Assembly (NCBI RefSeq): GCF_006345805.1
Contig: NC_043013.1
Span: forward strand, 5,828,001 to 5,892,000
Length of the DNA: 64,000 nt
Direction of reading: 5' to 3'
From: Octopus sinensis
Lineage: Eukaryota
Shown here: positions 36,023-49,028 of the stretch, piece after piece
Layout of the letters: every line of letters starts with the position of its first letter
Numbering within the stretch: the first letter of the stretch is position 1
Made by a program: the position numbers and the translations under genes
The notes under the pieces: model-generated
Databases searched by the model: none
What the model saw: only the letters and a program-made list of their open reading frames with translations
Told to the model about the DNA's origin: nothing

Positions 36023-39000
36023 TAATATCCTAATTGGTAATTATTTAATTGAGCATGGATGGATGAAGGGTGGAAAACAATCACCTACTGGACTTGAACT
36101 CAGTATTACAAGTTAACGAACCAGCGTCAATCCCAGCATTCTACTGTCATAGTCGTCTTCAGTGATATGGTTATGTGGTCATACTGATTTAACCCTTAGA
36201 CACAAACAGGAAAGATTACAGCTTACAGGAATGACAAACTGGTATTTATTCTACTGACCATGGAAGGCTGAAAGGTAAAGTTGACCGGACAGGATCTGAT
36301 CCAAAGAAACAAAACTATGAGGCATTTAGTCTACTTCTCTCTCATTTCTGCCAATCCAAAACTGCCCACTCACCACCTCCCTGTTGCCCTCCTAATGTTA
36401 ATGAATTTTTGTTGAAAATAGATCTTTTTAAAAAAAAAAATCAACTGTGTCATTAATGATTTTTAATTAAGTTTAATAATAATATCATCCTCAGAATTAC
36501 TATGTGCATAAGGAAGTAAGATGAAACAATTATTATGAACACAAGGGTTAGTCTATGTGTGTGTGTGTGTGTATACTCATGCATGTATACATATTTAAGT
36601 GAATTCTAACCTGCCTGCAGGAGAATTCTTGTGGAGGTGTTTTAAAAAAAAACATTGGATTTAAAAAAAAAAAAACTTTGATTAAATTTTCGTTTCTTTC
36701 TTTTTTTGATAGTTTGTTCCATCTTACATAGACAACAATCAAACTTGCTATTTAATAATGGTAATAATAATCATAATAATAATAATAGTGGTAATAGTAA
36801 TAGGAGAAGTAATAATAGTGGTGGTGTTGGTGGTGATGATGACAAATGATGATAATGATGACGGGAATTTCATACATAGGCATGTAACCTCAGACTTATA
36901 AGTAGAAAGGGGAATTTTTTAAAGTGTTGTGATGTTCATGCCTTTCACACAAGGTGCTTTTAGCACAAGTGAAACAAACATTTCCAAGTGGAAAAATGAT
37001 AAATTAGGCATTTTATTTATACTTCATCGACAAACTTAACCAGTGCAAAGCATGTCAGTTTCCTAATGAAAACGATGATAATAATAAGAACCAGAAATCT
37101 AATTATAATAGTATAATTCATGAGAATTTATATATATATATATATATACACAAATATATATATGTATATATATATATACATACAAATATATATAAATCAA
37201 CATAAGAAAAAAAGAAATGCACAAAAAAAAAGAGAAAAAGACCCAATAGTTTTCTTTTTCTTCTGCTTTTAAACTCAATGTTATTTTTCTAAAAAAAACC
37301 CATATAAGATCTAAACTTATTTCTCACAGACTTCAAAAAAAAAAAAAAAGGGAGCAAGGAGGCTAGTTGGGGGCAGGGCAGGTAGGGCTGGGGTGGCGGT
37401 CATAGGAATAAAATAATTTGCAATGAACCATAAACTTGCTTAAATTACATGGTGGGGGTGGCGAGTGAGAGGTGGGGATGGAGTGGGGGTGGGGTGGAGT
37501 GGGACGCTCAACATGAGCGAGAACGATATGTCTAGGGAAAGGACAAATGACATTTTTTTAATTTTATATTTTTTTTTCTGATCTGATCATCACAATCGAG
37601 AGAAAGAGAGAGAAAATAGAAATCCCAACATTTTAAAAAACCTATTAATAATAATAGTAAAAAAAACAAATAAAAAAAAAAGAGAGGAGTTGAGCAGAAA
37701 GGATTTGTCAGGGTGGGGGGGATGGTAGGTGGGGCGGGCAGTGGCTCATAAAAGTAATCTCAGAAAAATTCTGCTGGGTCCTTTTTCTTTCTCTGTTTTG
37801 AAAGGTTGAGCGAAGGGTTAATAAAAGAAGCAAAAAAAAAAAAAAAAAAAGGATTAAGAGGAAGAAAGAGATGCATTGAATAATGCCTGGGAAAAGTGGC
37901 GGGAGAAATTCCATGAGTATTTGTTTTTTGTTGCATGTGTGTTTATGAAAGTATATTGTATTTGTTAGTGAAGAAATTTAGAACGTAGAATATGGTGCAA
38001 ACTGCTTTCTTTTGTCACTCACTACCCCCATACACACCCAGGCCAACTCTACTGATATATACAGTTTCTTTCTTTTTTTTTTTGCTAAAAAAAAGGTGCC
38101 TACAATGAGAAAAATATTAACATAAAAATCAAACTTCAAAAAAAAGGAGAAAGATTTTAGTCGAACTTTTCAAAGTTGGATTTGTTTAGAAAATAAATTT
38201 CCAGCGTTATCATAATAATAATAATTTTACTAACATTAAATAATTTTTTTTTCTTTTTGTACAATATAGGCCTCTTAAAGCCCGAGATTGTAAGGGGAGA
38301 GGAGGGGAGAAAAAATGGGAAGTTGTCACAATCATGCTTTTTCCAATGGCATCGGTAATGTAAGTGAAATGAAGCAGTTCTGTTCTAAATGGGAATCAAA
38401 ACTAGGTTGCAGCCTGAGCTCACCAGCAGCTGAATGCTGCACTACAGCACCAGCCACAATAATAAGTGTAGTAGGAGTAGTAGTCAGTAGTAGTAATAAT
38501 AAGAGATGAATTGAGTTACTTAGTAAGAGATGAACTGAGTTACAAAGATATTAATACCTGTGATTTTGTTTTTTATATTGTGTATGTGCATATACACATA
38601 TTCATAAACACACACACACATACACATAGGTATATGTGTCACTGTGTATATTTTAGAGAAAAATCCCTCTCATACAAGTGGTATTGTAATTAAAGCACAA
38701 AAGTCCATTTAAGAAATTTCATTTTTCAGATAAAAAGGTAAAAATATTAAACATAAAAGACAATAACAGCCTGTAAACACTTCTTGGTTTGTGGTGGTAG
38801 GTTTCAGGAACAAAAAAAAAATTCCAATTTCCTCCCAAAAGATGTTTCTATCAGTCAAAGCCACATATATCCGATTTTCAAACAAACAAGCATTTGGCAT
38901 TATGTAGTCAAGTGTGGCTAAAAAATATTAATAAATGTTTAGAGAGAGAGAGACACACGACACACACACAGGTGCCACATGGACACTTCATCACCACTGT

Positions 39001-39354
39001 CTCTCACCTTGCTGATACATCTGATATTCATTCTTACTCTCTCTCTCTCCTAAATGTGAGAAGCCATGTAGTTCTTCTACAACAAGAACCTGCTCTACTT
39101 CATCCTTTTCCCTCATATCTTAACCTCCATCTAGCATACAGAGGCAACATCCTCCTTTCCTGGGTATGGTGACTTGTGAGCTACATGGTGAGCTCAATAG
39201 TGCCAGTGGCACGAAAAAGAAAAAAAAAAAACAGTTGTAGAAATCATGCCAGAGGAGATATTGGTGTATAGGTCAGGCCTTGACTTACTGGATCCTTGTC
39301 AAACTGTCCAACCCGTACCTGCATGGAACATGGACATTAAATGATGACACACAC

Positions 39355-39398
<44 letters not shown>

Positions 39399-39399
39399 T

Positions 39400-39459
<60 letters not shown>

Positions 39460-41730
39460 CATACACACACACACACACATATATATAAAATCATTTAACA
39501 TCCACTCTCTATGATGTTATCGGATGAATAGCCAAACAGGATCCAATGAGTTGAAAGACTATGTCATGCTCCAGTGTCTGTTTTGGCATGGTTCTATAAG
39601 TGGATGCCCTTCCTAACATCAGATGTACAAGTGTATATGTGCCTCTGTATGTATATATTACGTATGCACATATATAATACACACGCACACACACACAATA
39701 TTCACTGTATTTAAGATACAGCTGAGTTTATTAAATCACTGTCATTGCTGCCTGATGAGGCGTTAGAAACCAGGCTCAACAGATTTTCATCCGTTAAACC
39801 AAATTGGCCAAACTAAATGAAAATTACAGTACCCCAAATACATATGTGCATACGTTGTGTGAAATACATACACATTTAATATTAGTTTCAAATTCTGGCA
39901 CAAGGCCAGCGGTTTTGGGGGACAGGCTAAGTCAATTACATTGATTCCAGTGTTCAATTGGTACTTATTTCATTGCCCCTCAAAGGATGAAAGGCAAAGT
40001 TGACCTGGGTGCTATTTGAACTCACAACGTAAAGACAGAGGGAATGCAGCTGAGCATTTTACCTGGCATTCAAATACTGCAACCGGCTCACTGCCTCACA
40101 TGCGTATATATAATATTACACAGCATGTTAGAGAAAGAATGAAACATTTAAAAAGTTTTATATTCAATACCTGACAGGTAGACAGACCAAAATACATAAT
40201 TCCGATTAATTAAATACATCCCACTGTATAGTACACACATACTTGATGTACAAGTACCTGACAGTGGACACTGTCCAAAGCAACTGCTCATAAAGTGTAG
40301 TAAATGCTCCAGAGACATTTCTAGCTTTCAATGGCTACATCAGTCTTTATTTTGTGTTTTTCATTGGAAAAAAAAACAACAAAAAAACTTGACTACTATT
40401 ATTTATTTTTTCTTCATTGCAAATCCTTTGAAAACGAGTGACACTGATTGATATCTCACACTTAACTTCGCACCCCCCCATTACCATCCAATCTGATCCA
40501 TTCATCACGACCACCACCATTAAAACCAACAAATGTACATGTATTCTGGAAAGACTTAATGAACTCATCGATTGGACTTGTGGATCATTTCTTACCAACA
40601 CCACACAGACGTAAGCACATGCACGCACACACACAGCCACACACAAATATATACATATATGTGTATGTATAAACACACACTTATAATATACACGTTTATT
40701 CGGATAAATACACAACTGGGCAAGCCCGTAGACTTTTTAAATCTCAATCTAAAAATCTGTAAGCTTAAATTGCAGAGGCATATTATTGGGAACTGGGGAG
40801 AGGGATATAAGAATGGTCACAAGTTATGTTTTATTTATTTATCATTCCCCCCTCCCCAAGTTTACTAAAATGGAGGGTTAAAATCGCCAAGAAATACCAA
40901 TCAATTATATGTTATATAGGTTTTAGTTAGTGGTGTTTTTTTTTGTATAATTTTATTCTTTTTTTAAGAAGAAAAAATGGAGAAGAACTGCAGTTTATAA
41001 TATAATGGAATCAAGATGGCTGTCTAACATTGTGGACATATTGAGATCAAATGATTCCCGACAAAAGGGGAGAGAGAGAGAGAGAGGGGGGTGGGGGAGA
41101 GAAGGAGGTCGAACATTTTTGATTTAAAAAGATGTCTGTGTTGTTCTTTTTGTTTCTTCTTCCCTAATAAAGAGTTTCATTGGTTATTAGAAGTAATTCA
41201 AAAGTAGTTGTGTAGACAAGAAAATATCAAGCCAGGAAGCTTGATTTTTTTCTTCTCATTTTTCTTTTTCTTCTAAACAAAAAAAAAAAAAAATTAGGGC
41301 CTTTATTTTATTAACAAGGTGTGTTAAAATAGATGTGTGTATGTGTGAGAGAGAGAGACGGGGGTGGGGCTAAAGTGAGAGTGTGTGAAACACAAATAAT
41401 ACTTAGGGTTTAGGGGTTTTTGCAAACCATTAACTCCACATTGTTTTAAAGGATTCTCTTCTCTCTCCACAAAGAATGAGGCCAATAGTGAGTGAACCCT
41501 CACTTCTGCAATATTATTCAAACAGTTAACATCTCAAAAAATATGGACAAGGAAAGAAAAAACAAAACAAGGCATTAAGAATTAGAAAAACAATTTTTTT
41601 TACCTAATTGAAAAAAAAAAACACAATAATAATAAATAAAAAAAGTTTCGTGAGGTCTTTTTTTTTGTAAAAAAAAATTTCTCCTTTTAAATCAACATTC
41701 TTTTTTTTTTTTTTTTAAAACGAAGTTGTT

Positions 41731-41788
<58 letters not shown>

Positions 41789-42035
41789 GTATATATATAA
41801 AATAATGTTTTAAAAAGTTATGAATTGTTGTCCTTTAAACCTCTGTCCTTTTTTTTTCTTGTTGCAATCAATCACCTCCAGCAGAGGTGATTGACAAAAT
41901 ATTCAAAGAAAAAACGGATTTCCTTGTCTTAAGTTCGTTAAGTTTCATTTGCATTTTTTTTTTCAGTTTTGTTTTGTTTTGTATCATCTCAGTGATAATT
42001 AGGAAAAAAGGAGGGGAGGAAGGAGGAATAAATGC

Positions 42036-42076
<41 letters not shown>

Positions 42077-42548
42077 TTTTAATAATAATAAGCCCAAATT
42101 GTATATAAAATCAGAATTTTTTTTACATTAATTAAAAAATATATCTAAAAAGAAAAAAAAAACAAACACCCCAGGAAAAAACTGCAACATCAACGGCAAC
42201 AACAACAACAACAACATTATCACATAAAGTACCTCTATGCTAATTTTTTTTTCCTTATTTCTTCCTTTTTTTTTTCATCGTTTTCTTTTGTTATTGCAGT
42301 CTTTATATATTGCAATAGAGAAACTATAACTAGAAAAAAAAGAGAAGGTGAGACAGAGAAATGTGTTAGGAGAGAGAGAGAGAGAGAGAGAGCAGTGGGG
42401 GTAGTGTCTAAGAGGAGGGTAGACCGTGGTGACAGGAAAGAATGAGCTTGGGTAATGTCCGAGAGAAAGAGAGATGCAAAAGGTATGGGGTGTTACATAA
42501 GAAACAAAGAGAGCGAAAGAGACCTGGAGGAGTGTGGTAAGAGGGATA

Positions 42549-42586
<38 letters not shown>

Positions 42587-42591
<5 letters not shown>

Positions 42592-43174
42592 GAGATGTGG
42601 AACACGAGTTGTGATATATAAAAAAGGAAATAAAGAAAATGCTGACAAAATAATTTCAGTAATTTCAGTAATTTAATTAGGTGAAAGTTCTTTTTACCGG
42701 TTGCGCATTTGTTATGCTTATCAAAAGTTTTTTTCCTCTTATCAGATAAGAGGAAAAAACTTTTGATAAGCATAACAAATGCGCAGCAACCGGTAAAAAG
42801 AACTTTCACCTAATTAAATTACTGAAATTACTGAAATTATTTTGTCAGCATTTTCTTCATTTCCTTTTTATATATATATATATTATATATATATATAAAA
42901 GGAGATGTGGAACACGAGTTGTGATATATAAAAAAGGAAATAAAGAAAATGCTGACAAAATAATTTCAGTAATTTCAGTAATTTAATTAGGTGAAAGTTC
43001 TTTTTACCGGTTGCGCATTTGTTATGCTTATCAAAAGTTTTTTTCCTCTTATCAGATAAGAGGAAAAAACTTTTGATAAGCATAACAAATGCGCAGCAAC
43101 CGGTAAAAAGAACTTTCACCTAATTAAATTACTGAAATTACTGAAATTATTTTGTCAGCATTTTCTTCATTTCC

Positions 43175-43180
<6 letters not shown>
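42587..43180. mobile_element. Tandemly duplicated (310-bp period) foldback with decayed hammerhead motifs, embedded in (TA)n
   Basis: GGAGATGTGG occurs at 42591 and 42901. Each unit holds a ~260-bp palindrome centred on CTTATC-A-GATAAG (42744 and 43054). An arm reads CTTT-TGATAA-GCAT(AACAA)ATGC-GCAA-CCGG-TA-AAAAG. Confidence 0.85.
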
Positions 43181-43215
<35 letters not shown>

Positions 43216-44412
43216 AGAGAGAGAGAGAGAGAGGTGTCTTAGAGAAGTGGACACATAAATAATAACTAAATGAATAAGTCACCTTAGAACTTAACAGCTA
43301 AAACACTGATTATGACATCAACAAGTTTGATAACAAGATGCCTGCAGTCTATTGGACAGGAGTGAAGGAGGAGGCAAATGATGTGGACAGAATCATCCGC
43401 TATCATCATCATCATCATCATCATCGTCGTCGTCATCATTATCAACGTAGTCCATTACCAGGAGTGATGGTATGTTTTGCCCTTCGAGCCAGTCTCATGT
43501 CTCACAGTCCAGTCATGAAGTTGTTGTTGTTGTTGTTGGTAGCAGTGATGCTAAAGGGTGTTGTTGTTGTTGTTGTTGTAGTCGTTTAGCCCAAGGTCAA
43601 GCCCGATTGAGTAGACCTATAATTAAAGACATTCCAGCCACAACCATTCTGTATTTTTAGCAGGCTATGCGGGACGATCTTATCCAAAGTGTCCTTCTCT
43701 TTACCAAAGGGATATTTGGCTGCTAATTCTACAATGTCAAGCGATGACACAGAGGCTATCCAATATGTCCTTCTCTCTACCAAAGGGAGATTTGACTGTT
43801 GTTTCTATTAAGTGATGATATAAAGGTTATGCATTGTTCTCTTTATCAAAAGGGGACTTGGCTGTTGCTTCTAGTAAGTGACCACATAACAGTTCCCTTG
43901 TTTTTGTTCTTGTTAGATGTCTTCTCACAGATGATGATGATGATGATTCCTTCACAGCTGTACATAAGTAGGTAGGTAGGTAGGTGGCAGTTTACAGTAA
44001 AAAGAGGAAGAAAGACAACAATAATAGTAATAACAGAGACAATGAGTGGTGACAAAAAGGATGTCAAAGGCTACAGAGGGATTAGTGGTTGCAGTAAGAG
44101 TAGGGTGGTCGTGGTGGTAGTAGTGTGGTGGTGATGGGGAGGGACAACCTCTAACATAGTAGTAGTAGTAATATAGTAGTAGTAATAATAGTAGTCGAAG
44201 TAGAAGTAGTAGTGTGCAGCACAGGTGGTAGTAGTAGTAGTAGTAGTAAGAGTAGTAGTAGAAGTAGTAGTAATGGTAGTGGTGGTGGTGGAGGCAACAG
44301 CTCGTCAGCCCAAATAAATTATGCCTGTAGTATTTTTACATTGTGTATGTTTGTATGTGTGTGTGTATATATATATTTGTGTATGTGTGTGAGAGAAAGA
44401 GAGTGTCTGTGA

Positions 44413-44443
<31 letters not shown>

Positions 44444-44468
44444 CACATATATATATATATACACACAT

Positions 44469-44499
<31 letters not shown>

Positions 44500-44507
44500 C
44501 ACAGCAG

Positions 44508-44581
44508 TCACCGATGCCTGTTCTGACCTGGAGAGCCTGTTGCTACACTGTCCTTAGGGGCAGAGTCATTTGTTGGTCCAT
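44508..44581 (-). CDS. Candidate terminal coding exon of an unidentified gene
   Basis: Strong acceptor TTTTTTTTTTCTTCTTTCATTTCAG followed by GC-richer unique sequence. Phase 1 gives xGPTNDSAPKDSVATGSPGQNRHR*, phase 0 gives MDQQMTLPLRTV*, phase 2 gives xWTNK*; frame undetermined. Confidence 0.55.
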
Positions 44582-44839
44582 CTGAAATGAAAGAAGAAAA
44601 AAAAAATATATACAAATATCATATATATATACATACAACGAAAATAGTACAATTTATACTAGTGGTTCTCAACCAGGGTTCATATGAGATTTTAGGGGAT
44701 CCAGGCAACAAAATAGTAAATCGGAGACCCACAATAGTATTTTAAGGGCTCCTGGAAAAATTTTTGCCTTAGATGTATAGATTGCAAGCTTAACTTACAC
44801 AATATGTGAATAACAATATTGGAATTTTGAAAAAAGTTT

Positions 44840-45237
44840 CTGTGGTAAGTAGCTTGCTAAACAACCACATGGTTCCGGGTTCAGTCCCACTGCGTGGCAT
44901 CTTGGGCAAGTGTCTTCTGCTATAGCCCTGGGCCGACCAAAGCCTTGTGAGTGGATTTGGTAGACGGAAACTGAAAGAAGCCTGTCGTATATATGTATAT
45001 ATATATATCATGGCCGATCATGGCCGTTTGCCAGCCTCGTCTGGCACCTGTGCCGATGACACGTAAAAAGCACCCACTACACTCCCGGAGTGGTTGGCGT
45101 TAGGAAGGGCATCCAGCCGTAGAAACATTGCTAGATCAGACTGGGCCTGGTGCAGCCTTCTGGCTTCCCAGACCCCAGTTGAACCGTCCAACCCATGCTA
45201 GCATGGAAAATGGACGTTAAACGATGATGATGATGAT
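44840..45237 (+). mobile_element. SINE B 5' half followed by an RTE 3'-tail copy
   Basis: The family-B head runs to a TA tract at ~45000, then an RTE tail ends in (GAT)n. Confidence 0.85.
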
Positions 45238-46276
45238 ACACACACACACTTACACCATCTTTAGAGTTAGATTTATGAATTATCATCCATGTTAAGATAG
45301 TTTAGTTGCAACACTTCACTCACCACTTAGGTGGGTGCTAGGCATAATAACTACTTAAAAGGAGGGTGGGGGCACTACAAAAACAAAAAAAGGTTAAGCA
45401 GCACTGTACGAAACTAGGTGTTCTGCCAAGACAGCACTGGGTGACAGGATCAGCACAGTTCTAAAAGTGTATCGGGCAATATCTAAATCACATCCCTTTT
45501 ATTTTCAGAGCTCAAGTCTTGCTAAGGGTTGACTTGTTCTTTTATTCATCATGGATGAATAAAAATAAGTATTATTATCAATTAAATTGATTAAATCCAA
45601 AGTCTAATCCATTATTATCATTATCATTGTTGCTATTTATTATTAGTGTCAATGCTATGCACAAGTAGGCAACATTCAGGATAGAACAACTGTAGTGCAT
45701 GTGCATATTCTAGACCGCATTAGCAGGTGTGTGTGTGTGTGTGTGTGTGTGTTGTGGTCCATTTGATGTGATCAATGGGCAACTTTTCAGCCATCAATAT
45801 CCATCAATCAATTGCCCACCAGTTGATATGTGTCTCATGTAACACATCTAAAACTAAAAACTACAGGTATTTCATGATTGATTATAATTGTTACTTCAAG
45901 TCAATAAACCTTTGAAGTCTATAGCTGCTTGCATCACCGTGCAACAACTACTGCTACTGCTACTACTACTACTACTACTACTACAGTAGCTGCCATCATC
46001 ATCACGGCCGCCGCCGCCACCACTGCCACCACTGTTTTCCGACTGTAAGTCTTGTCAATGAGTTAAACTCTTTTCACAGTTTACAGCTGTTGGGTAATGC
46101 TGTGTAATGGCTGACTAACATATACTTACATACACTTCTTATAAATTGTAAAGCATGTCTGTTACACTGACTGCTCTTCGGTAAATATGCCATGCAGGCA
46201 ACTTAGTAGTTCTTAGTAGACTAACGAGAGATGTCATCAGATGGTACACCAATGCTGGTAAAGTCTGTAACGTTAC

Positions 46277-46350
46277 CTCTCTCCATCCTTTCATCCATAA
46301 CCCGTCTCTGCTTCTCTCCACCTGGCCATGATTACGACAGGAATATGAAA
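46277..46350 (-). other. Possible 74-nt alternative exon
   Basis: CTGCATTTTCAG acceptor and GAG|GTAACG donor around purine-rich unique sequence; open in one frame (SYSCRNHGQVERSRDGLWMKGWRE). Confidence 0.25.
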
Positions 46351-46524
46351 CTGAAAATGCAGATTGGTCGACAAGTTGTGATGGTGACACTTGTGGTGCT
46401 TCGGCAGAAAAGGTAGAACCCCTGACTAAATTACCTTAAATAGTTCAGTGTTGTATCTCTCTGCACCCCAGCTTCAAATCCCACAAGTTTTACTTGCCTT
46501 TCATCCTTCACAAGTGATGAAATA

Positions 46525-46887
46525 AAATCGAAATCGAATTGAACCAGCCAGGATCCCTGGTCTGGTGGTACGTAAAAAGCACTATCCGACTCGTGGCCGA
46601 TGCCAGCACCGCCTCGACTGGCTTCCGTGCCGGTGGCACATAAAATACACCAATCCGACCGTGGCCGTTGCCAGCCTCGCCTGGCACCTGTGCAGGTGGC
46701 ACGTAAAAAGCACCCACTACACTCACGGAGTGGTTGGCGTTAGGAACGGCATCCAGCTGTAGAAACATTGCCAGATAAGACTGGAGCCTGGTGCAGCCTT
46801 CTGGCTTCCCAGATCCCCGGTCGAACCGTCCAACCCATGCTAGCATGGAGAACGGACGTTAAACGATGATGATGATGATGATGATGA
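46525..46887 (+). mobile_element. RTE 3'-tail copy, truncated at the (GAAATC)n motif
   Basis: Near reverse complement of 2461-2815. Confidence 0.92.
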
Positions 46888-47404
46888 CATACTGGAGTAA
46901 GTTTAAGAAATTGTAATCACTTCCATTACAAAACTTCATCTTTGGTTTCTTCAGAAAGCATCTCAAGTCAATTTTAAGATTTCAACTCTGAGCAATTATA
47001 TTAACTGTACCTCTTTAATAACTTGAGACAGTCGACCAGTATGCATTGTACCCCTTATTTGAAGTACAATTCTGATATTAACTTCAAGACCTCCAAAGTT
47101 AGTTGATCTACAGAAATACACTGAATCAACAATTGAGACAAGCATTTTCACTCCGATTCCAAATACAGAACACATTCCTCAGACAGCAAAGTTTTTGACT
47201 CAATCTTTGGAACTGAGTCAGAACAATTTCATGGCATTTTTCATTTGATGCAATTAATGCCCTCGATAACGAGAACTCCCAACTTGACACTCCAAACAAA
47301 ACATTCTAAGGCTGCATACTTAACAAGAGAAGGCAACAGGGAACAACATCAATGTAGCATTCTGGAGGCTATGACAGAATTACAGCAAACTATATCCAAT
47401 AATG

Positions 47405-47950
47405 TGAAAGCACATGGCCCAGTGGTTAGGGTGTTGCACTCATAGTCACTGGATCATGAATTCAATACCCAGGCTTAGCTGTGCATAGTGTTCTTGTGCA
47501 GAACACTTTATTTCATGCTGCTTCAGTCCACTCAGCTGCAAGTAGGCAACCCTGTGATAGACTAGCCTTCTGATTTAGGCGGAGGGAAATGTTGGCCTGT
47601 TTGCCTGGCTAGCAGGGTGGCACCATTTAAAAGAAAGTTAAAAACGATGTGAAGTGCATTGTGACCAGCGATGTGCAACAACATCCAACAGTCTGGTCGA
47701 TCACATGATATGTAGTAATAGTGAAGCTGCATGACCTAGTGGGCAGGGTGTTTCAAGATAATGATTTCAATTCCCAGACTGAGCAGGGCAGTGTTCTTGA
47801 GCAAAACACTTTATTTCACATTGTTCAAGTTCACTCAACTGGTAAAAACTGAGTAATCCTGCAACAGTCTGGCATCCCACTCAGTTGTGATCTCAGTTAC
47901 TTACACATCATGGAAACCCGGTAACTGACCCCAGGAGTCATAGGATTTGA
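47405..47950 (+). mobile_element. Two diverged family-A-like SINEs
   Basis: tRNA-like heads at ~47405 and ~47722, with GTGTTCTTG.GCA.AACACTTTATTTCA cores. Confidence 0.7.
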
Positions 47951-48404
47951 GGTAGTAAAGTTCAGGGGTTGATGATGATGATGATATCTAGTAATGGACA
48001 ATTGCTAAAAACAGACAAAATAGTGTTTAATAATGTCACCTTGAAATGATTAGAGACCAAGATGCTGAAATCTTCATGAAAACACATGAAAATAAGTGTG
48101 CACATGTGTGCATGTGTACACACAGACAAACACAGTGATGCATGCATGTACACACACACACACACACACACAGACACACACATCAAACCAGGTTCCCTCC
48201 AACAGAGATGGATACAACAAAACGATGATAATTTAACTGAAATTACATCAATTCATCTGTAGAAATAATACCACAAATTACATAACAGCATATATGGTTG
48301 AACAAATTACACACAGCAACAAAAATGCAAAAAATACAAAAAAAGGAAAATAAAAAAGGAATCTATTACACTCTCATGTAAAAAAGGAAACTCGAATGCA
48401 CAAC

Positions 48405-48455
<51 letters not shown>

Positions 48456-48805
48456 TAAACAATGTTAAAAGACACAACCACACACTTAACATTCAATTTT
48501 GTATGATACTGGTTGATATAAGATTTTTAGGTGACACCAATTCTGCATAAAGGAATATTATGTATGTGGCGTAGGTGTGCAAATAGATTTGAGAGAGAGT
48601 TTTAATCATATAATATTGATTAGAGTGGGTGATCACTTTAGATAATAATCCGCACTCTTTACAGCTCAATCAACAATTCTTGTCAAAGAAGCCCATGAGA
48701 TTGGATGGGATGTAGGCAGAATGATTAGACAGTGTTGCTGAATTTTGGTGTACATTAATAAGCAATAACAATGTAGAATTAAAACAAATTCAAAATCATC
48801 CTTAT

Positions 48806-49028
48806 TTAACTCTTTGGCATTCAGATTATTCTATCAAATGCTTATTTATTCACATTGTTTTTGAATGAATACTGCATTATCTGGTAGCTTTGAGATTTTG
48901 ATGATGTGATTGTTTATTTTTAGAACGACATAGTAATAGGTGCGAAGGGCTTGATCTGGCCAGTTTGAACATAAGACAGGTACAATATCTTGGCTGGATA
49001 TTGCTGGTTTAAATGCTAAATGGTTAAA
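48806..49028. mobile_element. Diverged TTAA-flanked MITE
   Basis: TTAACTCTTTGGCATTC...AATGCTAAATGGTTAA. Relatives at ~54950-55130, ~55740-56208, ~23900-24010, ~20455 and ~22890. Confidence 0.6.

Noticed and set aside
39746-39785. CTGATGA...GAAAC hammerhead candidate
   Set aside because: The core boxes are intact but stem II (GGCGTTA) does not pair and stem I is out of register; at most a degraded relic.
44660-45406. hAT-like TIR pair (TAGTGGTTCTCAACC / GGTTAAGCAGCACTG)
   Set aside because: The ends are too divergent and no 8-bp TSD was found; they may be two separate fragments.
47949-47968. let-7-like seed TGAGGTAGTA
   Set aside because: The match ends after 10 nt, there is no precursor hairpin, and it lies at a SINE end.
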